The position numbers and the translations under genes are program-made. From IMG/VR virus record IMGVR_UViG_3300023260_000005, positions 1 through 34,132 of that record: a stretch of 34,132 nucleotides of DNA. The stretch is one strand, 5' to 3'. Shown in pieces: positions 1 to 7,813 of the stretch (position 1 is its first letter; each line of letters starts with the position of its first letter). The stretch comes from a virus. Lineage: Duplodnaviria; Caudoviricetes. A model generated the notes under the pieces. The model did no database searches. It was given only the letters and a program-made list of their open reading frames with translations, and had not been told where the DNA came from.

Positions 1-1
1 C

Positions 2-97
2 CTTCAAGTTTATGAATATATGTATGGAGAGATGGAATTATTAGATAAAGAAGTAATTGTTGATACATATGAGGAGTTCATAAATATTCAATCTTAA
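2..97 (+). CDS. 3' end of an upstream hypothetical protein (partial)
   Basis: Open frame LQVYEYMYGEMELLDKEVIVDTYEEFINIQS runs from the window edge to TAA at 95-97. Confidence 0.55.
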   Translation, partial: LQVYEYMYGEMELLDKEVIVDTYEEFINIQS

Positions 98-108
98 CAA
101 GTATTATT
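98..108 (+). promoter_or_regulatory. Candidate phage late promoter, copy 1 (CAAGTATTATT)
   Basis: Intergenic match to CARNTATTAT, which recurs upstream of five structural gene blocks. Confidence 0.55.
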
Positions 109-126
109 CCTTTAAAACTGCGTAAT

Positions 127-810
127 ATGTACAACGGTGACGAAATACACGAACATAATAATCAAAGAAAACTCAACATTCTTAAGGGATTCGTTGAGAT
201 TTCTGATATTATAGAAAAAGCAAAAAACAGACAAGTTGGAGAAGTTCATTCGAGCGGTAAATATGTCTGGACTCAATTAGCGAACGGAAAGTTTGACTGG
301 AGAGCAAATAAAAATGAAAAACAGAAAGTTAGTCCTGAGGGATTAACTAAGGAAGAACATCTTCAAAAGATTAACGAGCATAAACAAAAAGGTGCTGGTA
401 GAGCTATCACCCCGAAAATGGAGAATGAAAAACTTCACCATATGAAAGAGGAGGCTAGACATCGAAAAATAATTGAAGAACACTTTTCTGACGATAAGCC
501 AAAACATAACCTTAAATTAGATGGAACTGATAACTCAGACGATGTTTTAGCAGAACATAAGAAAGGAAATATTAGTTCAGACCACGTCAGAGTTCATTAC
601 GCTCATAAAGAGATTAATGAGAAAAAAGCTGAAGCGGAAATCCCGAAAGATGGTGGAAGAAAAGTCGTATCAGTTCACGAACTTAAAGGTCAAGAGGGTA
701 AAGAATTATTCATATTTTATCCAAATGGTCAAAAGAGTATCATAAATAAAGATAGTCATCCAAAAGATTATGCGAAATATGCTAAATTTTTAAAATCAAA
801 TAAGAAGTAA
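127..810 (+). CDS. Putative internal head protein (RKLNILKGF leader + GKFDWR module), Lys/His-rich
   Basis: 227-aa ORF. N-terminus is shared with ORFs 828 and 4932. An IEK|A site is followed by a QVGE...GKFDWR module shared with ORFs 20373 and 21841. Confidence 0.6.
   Translation: MYNGDEIHEHNNQRKLNILKGFVEISDIIEKAKNRQVGEVHSSGKYVWTQLANGKFDWRANKNEKQKVSPEGLTKEEHLQKINEHKQKGAGRAITPKMENEKLHHMKEEARHRKIIEEHFSDDKPKHNLKLDGTDNSDDVLAEHKKGNISSDHVRVHYAHKEINEKKAEAEIPKDGGRKVVSVHELKGQEGKELFIFYPNGQKSIINKDSHPKDYAKYAKFLKSNKK
286..303 (+). repeat. 18-nt sequence GGAAAGTTTGACTGGAGA (GKFDWR), identical at 20490-20507, variant at 22123-22140
   Basis: Read directly at all three loci. Confidence 0.85.
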
Positions 811-827
811 CAATAAAATCTAACATT

Positions 828-2690
828 ATGTACAACGGAGAAGAAATCAAAGAGAACATCGCTTCCAGAAAACTAAATATCCTAAAGGGATTTAGTGAAG
901 TGCAAGAGCTACAGAAAGCTGACGAGGAGTGGTTAGGAGTTAAGAATTGGGAACACGCCCCAGACCCCGAAGAAAAAGAAACCAAAGCAGTTGGAGAAGC
1001 GTTTGACTCGCGTACTACAGAAATCAAAAAAGCGAAAGACCAAAATGAAGGACTTTTTCTTTCAGCTGAGGACTTCGAAACGAAAAGACTAAACAAGTCT
1101 GTTTTCACAAACATCGATAAAGGTATTTCTGAAACTCAATTCAACTTAAGCTATCCAGCTGAGAAGTTCCAAGTTTTCGAAAAAGCTGTAGTGGAGAATT
1201 GGATTAGAGAAGTTTATGAGATTACAGGCGGTGATATCGTTAAAGGAAGCTTCAACGACACTGAGGAAGTAGCATCGATTTTAGAGAACATGAGAAATCA
1301 AGTTTCTCTTTTAAAAGCTGTTCCAGTGGAAACTGAGGATGGAAAAATCATTAGCGTTTTAGTTCTTCCAATTGAGAAAGCTAAAAGCGAGGGGGAGGAG
1401 GATAGCCAAGACTCACTAGAAAAAGCAAATCTTGAAGATGAGGGAAAGTCGAATCAGAATGAGATAGAAAAAGGAGTTTATGCTGATAACGCTCAAAACA
1501 GAAAGCTTGGACGAGTTGGTAATAAATTCGGTAAAGAGGATGATAATTCTGGAGCGGAGGCTCATAATAAAAAAGTTCAAGCAAAAAAGGATTTAGATGC
1601 TGCTTACGCAAAATGGCAGAAAACAGATGAATTCAAAAAGTTGTACGAACATAATATGACTCCCGCTGTTAGAAAAAGACATGAAGAGGTTTATGGTAAG
1701 AAATATACTGACGAGGAGTACAAAAAAGAAGCCGACACTTGGATGGAAAATTATCATAGACAAGGAATATACGACCCAGATTCAGATAGTGAAAAAGATT
1801 CTGATGAGAAGCCATTGACCTCGAAGTATCTTAAAAGTACTGGTTTAAAAACAGGCTCTGGAAAAGATATTTCTGTTATTGATTTTAATAATGCGAGCGA
1901 CAAAGAAAGAAATAGACTTGTAGAAGGCATTAAAAAAAACTTTACAAAAGAGGAGGCCAAAGAAGCAGCAAAAGCCGTTTTTAATCACTATAAAGATGTA
2001 GTCAGTAAAAAAGGAAGTTCAGGAAGAACAGCGTCAGCCAGCTATTTTGGAACGGAGGATGTTTACAGAAACATAGCTGGATTGCCTAAACATAAGCATG
2101 ACGAAGGAAAATGGGATGCTCAAGGTAATGAAGATAAGACTAAGAAAACTGCTTATCAAAAATATGATGAGGAGTATAATAGTATCAAGAAAGCTATCGA
2201 CTCAGATGATGAAGATTCTGATTCTATTGAGAAAGGAGTTATACACGACACAGTCAACTACGGAAATCTTGATTTGAGTTTCGCTAAAACTGGAGCCGAG
2301 ATTAAAGACAAACTTCAAGGAGTAGTCCAAGAGGAGACTGCTAAGTTGAACGCTCTCCAGATTAAGCTAAATGCGGCTGAGGCAAATCAAGTTTACGTTC
2401 CTACTGAAAACGGTTACGGTTCTGAGGATATGACTTATAAAACGTATCGTTGGGATATGACTTATATGCCAGACGACTGCCACGGCTCCAAAACTGTTAA
2501 GCTGAGCGATACGGAAACTGGTACTCTTACGCAAGAGTGTTGTAACGAACATCGTGAGTGGAATGATTTAGTTTATAAATTTAGAGATTGTAAAAAAGAG
2601 CTTGATACTGTTAACCTTCTTTTGAGAAATCTCGATGATAAGAAATCTTATAAACTAACGGCAAGACAAATGCTTGACTTTGGATTTTAG
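828..2690 (+). CDS. Putative internal head/core polyprotein with multiple putative prohead-protease sites
   Basis: 620-aa ORF with an MYNGEEI...RKLNILKGF leader, five [FIL]EK[AG] sites and a VYADNAQNRKLGRVG module shared with ORF 4932. Confidence 0.6.
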   Translation: MYNGEEIKENIASRKLNILKGFSEVQELQKADEEWLGVKNWEHAPDPEEKETKAVGEAFDSRTTEIKKAKDQNEGLFLSAEDFETKRLNKSVFTNIDKGISETQFNLSYPAEKFQVFEKAVVENWIREVYEITGGDIVKGSFNDTEEVASILENMRNQVSLLKAVPVETEDGKIISVLVLPIEKAKSEGEEDSQDSLEKANLEDEGKSNQNEIEKGVYADNAQNRKLGRVGNKFGKEDDNSGAEAHNKKVQAKKDLDAAYAKWQKTDEFKKLYEHNMTPAVRKRHEEVYGKKYTDEEYKKEADTWMENYHRQGIYDPDSDSEKDSDEKPLTSKYLKSTGLKTGSGKDISVIDFNNASDKERNRLVEGIKKNFTKEEAKEAAKAVFNHYKDVVSKKGSSGRTASASYFGTEDVYRNIAGLPKHKHDEGKWDAQGNEDKTKKTAYQKYDEEYNSIKKAIDSDDEDSDSIEKGVIHDTVNYGNLDLSFAKTGAEIKDKLQGVVQEETAKLNALQIKLNAAEANQVYVPTENGYGSEDMTYKTYRWDMTYMPDDCHGSKTVKLSDTETGTLTQECCNEHREWNDLVYKFRDCKKELDTVNLLLRNLDDKKSYKLTARQMLDFGF

Positions 2691-2713
2691 ATTTTAGTTA
2701 GTTAGTTAATTCG

Positions 2714-2745
2714 AAAAACTCTCTTCACGGAGAGTTTTTTTATTT
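2714..2745 (+). terminator. Rho-independent terminator
   Basis: Hairpin AAAAACTCTC-TTCACG-GAGAGTTTTT runs into a T tract just after the ORF 828 stop. Confidence 0.85.
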
Positions 2746-2777
2746 CCCAAAGTTACCGTAATAAAATAATAAAGATT

Positions 2778-3140
2778 ATGATACTACAAACATTTAAGGC
2801 TAAAGGAGTAATTAAGTACATTTCAGATATTAAAATTTCTGATAAGTACAAGTATTTGGAAATAAAGATAGAGATGCTTTATTCAGGACAATCGCTATCG
2901 TTTTATATTTCGGAAAATGTCGAACACCCTAACAACTACAGAGTGATAACGAATTACTTTGGAAATAATAAAGGCGCTCATAAAGTAGGCGATACGATAC
3001 ATTTTGATTTCAACATCGTTTACAATAAGAAAGGCGAAATAAGACTAAAGATTTGGAGTGTTTATAATAAACCATTTTATGAATTGGAAAAAGGAAATCA
3101 AGGAGAAGCTAAACCAAGCGACCTTACAACGGAAAATTAG
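2778..3140 (+). CDS. Hypothetical protein, possible OB-fold ssDNA-binding (DUF3127-like)
   Basis: 120 aa. The pattern KGVIKYI...EIKIE...KVGDTIHFDFNI resembles the DUF3127/SSB-like strand layout. Judged by eye only. Confidence 0.4.
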   Translation: MILQTFKAKGVIKYISDIKISDKYKYLEIKIEMLYSGQSLSFYISENVEHPNNYRVITNYFGNNKGAHKVGDTIHFDFNIVYNKKGEIRLKIWSVYNKPFYELEKGNQGEAKPSDLTTEN

Positions 3141-3318
3141 TACACCTTTAAAGAAACTCGTTAAACTACTTTTAATTGGCGATACACCATTTATTTTAGT
3201 GTATTCTAGCAGTAAAGATGTTTATTATGACGTAAGGTTTAAAGAGACTATCACAATTACAACCGCAAGGGTTCTCATTCTTAGCGGTTACAAACGTTTT
3301 TATATTAACAGAAAATAA
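3079..3318 (+). CDS. Hypothetical protein
   Basis: The ORF track gives 3058 (GTG). ATG at 3079 (MNWKKEIKEKL) is the more plausible start. It fills the gap before ORF 3326. Confidence 0.5.
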   Translation: MNWKKEIKEKLNQATLQRKISTPLKKLVKLLLIGDTPFILVYSSSKDVYYDVRFKETITITTARVLILSGYKRFYINRK

Positions 3319-3325
3319 TTTAGTT

Positions 3326-4381
3326 ATGGGATATTTAGAGAGTAACAAGGAAATTGCTAAGATTCTTCCAGATGAAAGCTTAGATGTTTGTGATGATAAT
3401 TTATATTTGTTTTTCCAAACAATGTACGAGAGACAGAAAATCTGGTACAAAAGAAACATTTTAAAGAGAGAAGCGCCATGGACTGACGATAAGTTTTTAA
3501 GAGATTACAAATTCACAAATGTCTATCGGGAGCTTGATAGAAATTCCCAATTCCAAATAAATCATATCATTAAAGTGGAAAAGAATAGAACGGAGCTAAT
3601 TTGGAAAATGATGTTCTTTAGATTCTTTAATCAGCCTGAGTTTTTCACATTCATAGAGGAATTTACGAAAGAGGCTGACGAGGATGGAGCTGAAGATTTC
3701 AGTTTCGTTGGAATGATTCCACGATATAATAAATTCAGACCTCTGGAATTAAAAGCTCTCATGGAAGCATATAGAGCTATCGGAGGGAACCCATTTACAA
3801 ACGCTTATCTAACAAACTCTCAAGCCTGTCCTGAAAAGACTAGGGATGAGTGTTTCGCATTTAAGGTAATCCCGATGCTCCATAAATTGGTTCCTAAAAT
3901 ATCAAGAACGTTGGAGGAAGCAGGAGACCCAGATGAAATCATAAAATTATTGTTGACGCTCCCTTCGGTATCGAATTTCATGGCTCACGAGTTCTATCAA
4001 GATTTCACGTATGTTCCGAGATATACTGGAGTTGAACTTATGGATTTCGACCAAGACGATTATACTAATGTTGGACCAGGATGCGAGGCGGGAATAAGAT
4101 TGATATTTCCAAATAGAAAAACTAATAAGGAAAAGTTGGCAGCGATTTATTATTTGAGAGACATAGCACCAACATATTTAGCTAAATTTGGAGATTTCAA
4201 ATATCTAGGATATAACCAAAAAGCACAAGTTTACATTTGCCCAGATATTTTAAATGAGAAGGTAACTTTGCATCAGATAGAAATGTGGTTATGTGAGTTC
4301 CAGAAATATTGGAAAATGCAAGTTGGGATTGGTAAACAAAGAAGCAAATTCACGCCTAAAAAAGCGGAAAAACATAAATAA
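3326..4381 (+). CDS. aGPT-Pplase1 / 5-hmdU DNA kinase helical-domain family protein (thymidine hypermodification transferase)
   Basis: Motifs ERQKIW, PWTDDKFLRDYKFTNVYRELDR, NVGPGCEAGI and IEMWLCEFQKY match the alpha-glutamyl/putrescinyl thymine pyrophosphorylase clade 1 family. Confidence 0.8.
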   Translation: MGYLESNKEIAKILPDESLDVCDDNLYLFFQTMYERQKIWYKRNILKREAPWTDDKFLRDYKFTNVYRELDRNSQFQINHIIKVEKNRTELIWKMMFFRFFNQPEFFTFIEEFTKEADEDGAEDFSFVGMIPRYNKFRPLELKALMEAYRAIGGNPFTNAYLTNSQACPEKTRDECFAFKVIPMLHKLVPKISRTLEEAGDPDEIIKLLLTLPSVSNFMAHEFYQDFTYVPRYTGVELMDFDQDDYTNVGPGCEAGIRLIFPNRKTNKEKLAAIYYLRDIAPTYLAKFGDFKYLGYNQKAQVYICPDILNEKVTLHQIEMWLCEFQKYWKMQVGIGKQRSKFTPKKAEKHK

Positions 4382-4427
4382 TATATGAAACTGTTTTTTT
4401 ATTGAATAAAATTTAAGACCTTCCTTC

Positions 4428-4438
4428 CAACTATTATT
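4428..4438 (+). promoter_or_regulatory. Candidate phage late promoter, copy 2 (CAACTATTATT)
   Basis: Intergenic, upstream of the gene run leading to the portal. Confidence 0.55.
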
Positions 4439-4478
4439 TCTAAGAAAAATTGAAACGGAAAAATTAAATAGAAACAAA

Positions 4479-4925
4479 ATGAGTAATATTAACAAAATAT
4501 TCACATTTGTGATAGTTGGAGCGGTAGATTCTGAAGTATTCTACCATATCAAAACTTCGTTGGTTCGAGAACAGACTGAAGTAATTCATACTATTGATTT
4601 CTCAGAAAAATGGAATAAATATGACTGTATCGGTTTATCTGAAAAAGCCATACTATCTAAATTCACTGAGATTGGAGCAGAGGTTCTAGGAATAGATGAG
4701 GCGTCATTTCAGACTAGAATCGCAGAGGAAGGAAAACAAACTGTTTTGGATGATTTTATCGATACTCTTATTGAGTTTAACAACGATAACGGAATCACTA
4801 ACTTTCCATTTCAAGTTGGACAAACTATTCACGACTTCGAAACAAAAATTTCTGAATACCTTGATACAGTTTCGGCTGATTTTACGGTAACCAGAATACC
4901 ACCTGTTGAAGAAGAAATAATCTAA
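4479..4925 (+). CDS. Hypothetical acidic protein
   Basis: 148-aa ORF with an A-rich start context, in the portal operon. Confidence 0.7.
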   Translation: MSNINKIFTFVIVGAVDSEVFYHIKTSLVREQTEVIHTIDFSEKWNKYDCIGLSEKAILSKFTEIGAEVLGIDEASFQTRIAEEGKQTVLDDFIDTLIEFNNDNGITNFPFQVGQTIHDFETKISEYLDTVSADFTVTRIPPVEEEII

Positions 4926-4931
4926 GGAGCC

Positions 4932-5390
4932 ATGAAAGACGAGATAAGAGATTCCATTCAAGAGAATCATGCAAGCCGAAAACTTAACATTCTTAAAGGA
5001 TTTTCAGATTTAGACGATGTATTTGAGAAAGCAGTATATGCAGACAATGCTCAGAATCAGAAGCTAGGGAGAGTTGGTAAAACATATGGAGGAGCTCAAG
5101 AAGAAAAGCCGGCAGCCCCAAAGCCTTCTAAAAACAAGCCTGACGACCCGAAGGAAAAAACAGCGCACGACCCTGCTGTTATTCAAGGTCATTTGGCGGC
5201 AACATCTTCAGATACTCTTAAGAAATTCATATCTAATAAAAAGAATGACCCCGCTTTAATAGAGTTCGCCAAAAAGGAGTTAGAGGACAGAGGTAAGGAT
5301 GAAGCTACTGAGAAAAAGGAAGCTCAAAACTTGGCTGCTAAAAATAAACCCGCCATTAAAAAAACGACGCAAAAGCCTGCTCAAAAATAA
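4932..5390 (+). CDS. Putative internal head protein (RKLNILKGF leader + VYADNAQN module + 35-aa helical module)
   Basis: 152 aa, immediately upstream of the portal. Shares modules with ORFs 127, 828 and 20373. Confidence 0.6.
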   Translation: MKDEIRDSIQENHASRKLNILKGFSDLDDVFEKAVYADNAQNQKLGRVGKTYGGAQEEKPAAPKPSKNKPDDPKEKTAHDPAVIQGHLAATSSDTLKKFISNKKNDPALIEFAKKELEDRGKDEATEKKEAQNLAAKNKPAIKKTTQKPAQK

Positions 5391-5414
5391 TTTATTGGTT
5401 AAAAATAAATCGCT

Positions 5415-7028
5415 ATGTCAGAGATATCAACAGATTTAGATAGAGTTGAATTAGTAATGTCAAAACTATCTATCAAAAAACAGATTTTACTAAGAAAGGC
5501 GATGGAATCTTCATCGCCAACTGACATTTTAAAGGCTCACAAGATTATACAAGGAATAGAAAACAGAACTGATTCTGAAAAGAAATCCTATATCATTGAC
5601 CCGCTAGATTTCAATCAGTCCTTCGGGTATAAAGATAAGCCTTTTTCAATCAGTTATGCAACTTTGAAAAACATGGCTAAGACGCCAGTTATCAACGCCA
5701 TCATTAAAACAAGAAAAAATCAGATAGCAGATTTCGCAGAGCCTCAAGCGGATAAGTACTCAACTGGGTTCATTATTCGTAAGAAACTCAAAACAGGCGA
5801 GGATGCTAAAAGAAAACCTACCAAAGAAGAACAGAAAGTAATGGATGAAATTAAGGATTTCATTATGAACTGTGGAACAGGTGTAGATTGGGAGCATGAT
5901 GATTTTGAAACCTTTATTCGTAAGATAGTCGATGATAGTTTAACATACGACCAAATGACTTTCGAGATTGTTAGGGATAAGGCTGGACGCCCATACGAGT
6001 TCTTTGCTACTGACGCTTCAACTTACAGAATAGCAGATTCATATGATGATGAATACTACGAAAAGAAAGGAGATGGAAAAAGAGTTCCAAGGCAAGGCTA
6101 TTATCCAAACTACGTACAAATTTTTAATGGAGTTGTAGAATCAGAATTTTATCCATGGGAGCTTTGCTTCGGGGTTCGAAATCCTACTACTAATGTTTAC
6201 AACGTAGGATATGGAATGTCGGAGTTAGAAGAACTTGTAACAACTGTTACTTCTATGCTTTGGGCTGAGGAATATAACAGAAGGTTTTTCAGTCAGGGTT
6301 CTGCTCCTAAAGGTTTATTGAGAGTTAAAGGGCAAGTTAACGAAAAAGAACTATCTGCTTTCAGACAACAATGGAACGGTATGATTCAAGGCGTGCAAAA
6401 TGCCTGGAAAACTCCGATAGTTGATGCAGATATAGATTGGATAGATTTGCAGAAAAATAACCGAGACATGGAGTATAATGCTTGGATGGAGTTTCTTATA
6501 AAAGTTGCCTGTGCAATTTATTCGATAGACCCTAACGAGATTGGCTTCAATATCAGTAACAGTACTGGTTCATCTTCAATGTTCGAGAGCGGTGGAGATA
6601 ATAAGGTAAAAAATTCCAAAGATAAAGGTTTATATCCAATCTTGAAATTCTTACAAAGAAAAATAAACAAATATATCGTTTCTCAGCTGAACGATGACTA
6701 TGAGCTTTTATTTTGTGGTTTGAATGGAACTACTATCGAGGAGGAGCTGGAAATGGAGATTAAGAAATTGACAAATTTCCAAACCATAAACGAAACTAGA
6801 GCCGTGTTTAACATGAAAGATATAGAAGGTGGAGATATTATTCTGAATCCTACATATACCCAAGCTAAGATGATGGCTCAGCAACAAGCTCAACAAAATC
6901 AAATGCAAGGAGGAATGGGAGGCGAGGAGGACATAAATCCATTCCTTTCTTATGACGAAGATGAGGACGATGAGGAAGGAAGTAATAACCCATTCATAAA
7001 ATCATTCATTAATAATCTTGAAAAATAA
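5415..7028 (+). CDS. Portal protein (SPO1/Twort-like)
   Basis: 537 aa. Motifs VINAIIKTRKNQI, FIRKIVDDSLTYDQMTFEIV, GMSELE, YNRRFFSQGSAPKGLL, IDPNEIGF and SKDKGLYPILKF resemble phage K/A511 portals. Confidence 0.92.
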   Translation: MSEISTDLDRVELVMSKLSIKKQILLRKAMESSSPTDILKAHKIIQGIENRTDSEKKSYIIDPLDFNQSFGYKDKPFSISYATLKNMAKTPVINAIIKTRKNQIADFAEPQADKYSTGFIIRKKLKTGEDAKRKPTKEEQKVMDEIKDFIMNCGTGVDWEHDDFETFIRKIVDDSLTYDQMTFEIVRDKAGRPYEFFATDASTYRIADSYDDEYYEKKGDGKRVPRQGYYPNYVQIFNGVVESEFYPWELCFGVRNPTTNVYNVGYGMSELEELVTTVTSMLWAEEYNRRFFSQGSAPKGLLRVKGQVNEKELSAFRQQWNGMIQGVQNAWKTPIVDADIDWIDLQKNNRDMEYNAWMEFLIKVACAIYSIDPNEIGFNISNSTGSSSMFESGGDNKVKNSKDKGLYPILKFLQRKINKYIVSQLNDDYELLFCGLNGTTIEEELEMEIKKLTNFQTINETRAVFNMKDIEGGDIILNPTYTQAKMMAQQQAQQNQMQGGMGGEEDINPFLSYDEDEDDEEGSNNPFIKSFINNLEK

Positions 7029-7033
7029 AAGTC

Positions 7034-7810
7034 ATGGCAGGAGAACAAGAAATAAGAGGTACAAAGAATCTTGGGATGGTTCAAGCTATCCACGTAAATA
7101 CTACGCCTCCAACTAATAAGAAGATGATTTGGTATGATAGTAATCTAAGCGAACAAGTCCAAAAGATTTACAGCGTGGTTACTTCGGAATGGATTCCAAT
7201 AACAGGAGGAGGTGGTGGAGCGGTAACAAACCGATACGAGTTTATTTCAGATGGCGGTCAAACATTCACAATACCAGCATCATTTTCAAGAGTTATTTTG
7301 GTAGCTACAAACGGACAAGTTTTATCCGATAGAGTTTATAATGCGGATTTTGCAAATAAGACCGTAACAGTAACTGATGTAATTCCACCGCTAGAGTATG
7401 TAATAATTATAGTGGAAGGAGCTACGGTTTCAACTACGGTGCAAAATATTTTACTGGAGTACGCTGAGGAGTTTTCAACTTCAGAAGTAGCCACGGTTCA
7501 CAGATGGATAGATGGTAGAATAATATATAGACAATGTTTTTCTGGTTTAACTCCTAACTTAGTCGGTGACGCCACTCTATTCACGATTCCAGCAGCTACA
7601 GAGGTGATTAAGTACTCTGGATTCGTTAATGAGTCTATTAATACTAACGTAAGAAGAAACATCGATTCCATACCAGCAGGAGACTTGGAAAGACAAGCAT
7701 TTTATTTCGTTGATGGCGAGGCTCATTACTTCCTTAGTAATTTACCTTTAGACCCTAATTTTGTAGATATGCCGTATTTGGTTATAGCATATTACCTAAA
7801 AGCAGTATAA
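7034..7810 (+). CDS. Fibre-associated structural protein
   Basis: 258 aa, beta-rich. The C-terminal FSTSEVATVHRWIDGRIIYRQ resembles the YSTxE...WIDGKPIYRK motif of phage fibre tips. It directly precedes the long fibre gene. Confidence 0.55.
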   Translation: MAGEQEIRGTKNLGMVQAIHVNTTPPTNKKMIWYDSNLSEQVQKIYSVVTSEWIPITGGGGGAVTNRYEFISDGGQTFTIPASFSRVILVATNGQVLSDRVYNADFANKTVTVTDVIPPLEYVIIIVEGATVSTTVQNILLEYAEEFSTSEVATVHRWIDGRIIYRQCFSGLTPNLVGDATLFTIPAATEVIKYSGFVNESINTNVRRNIDSIPAGDLERQAFYFVDGEAHYFLSNLPLDPNFVDMPYLVIAYYLKAV

Positions 7811-7813
7811 ATC

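Noticed and set aside
2754-2760. TACCGTA shared with 31351-31357 in intergenic DNA
   Set aside because: Only two copies of a 7-mer, which is insufficient to call a regulatory site.
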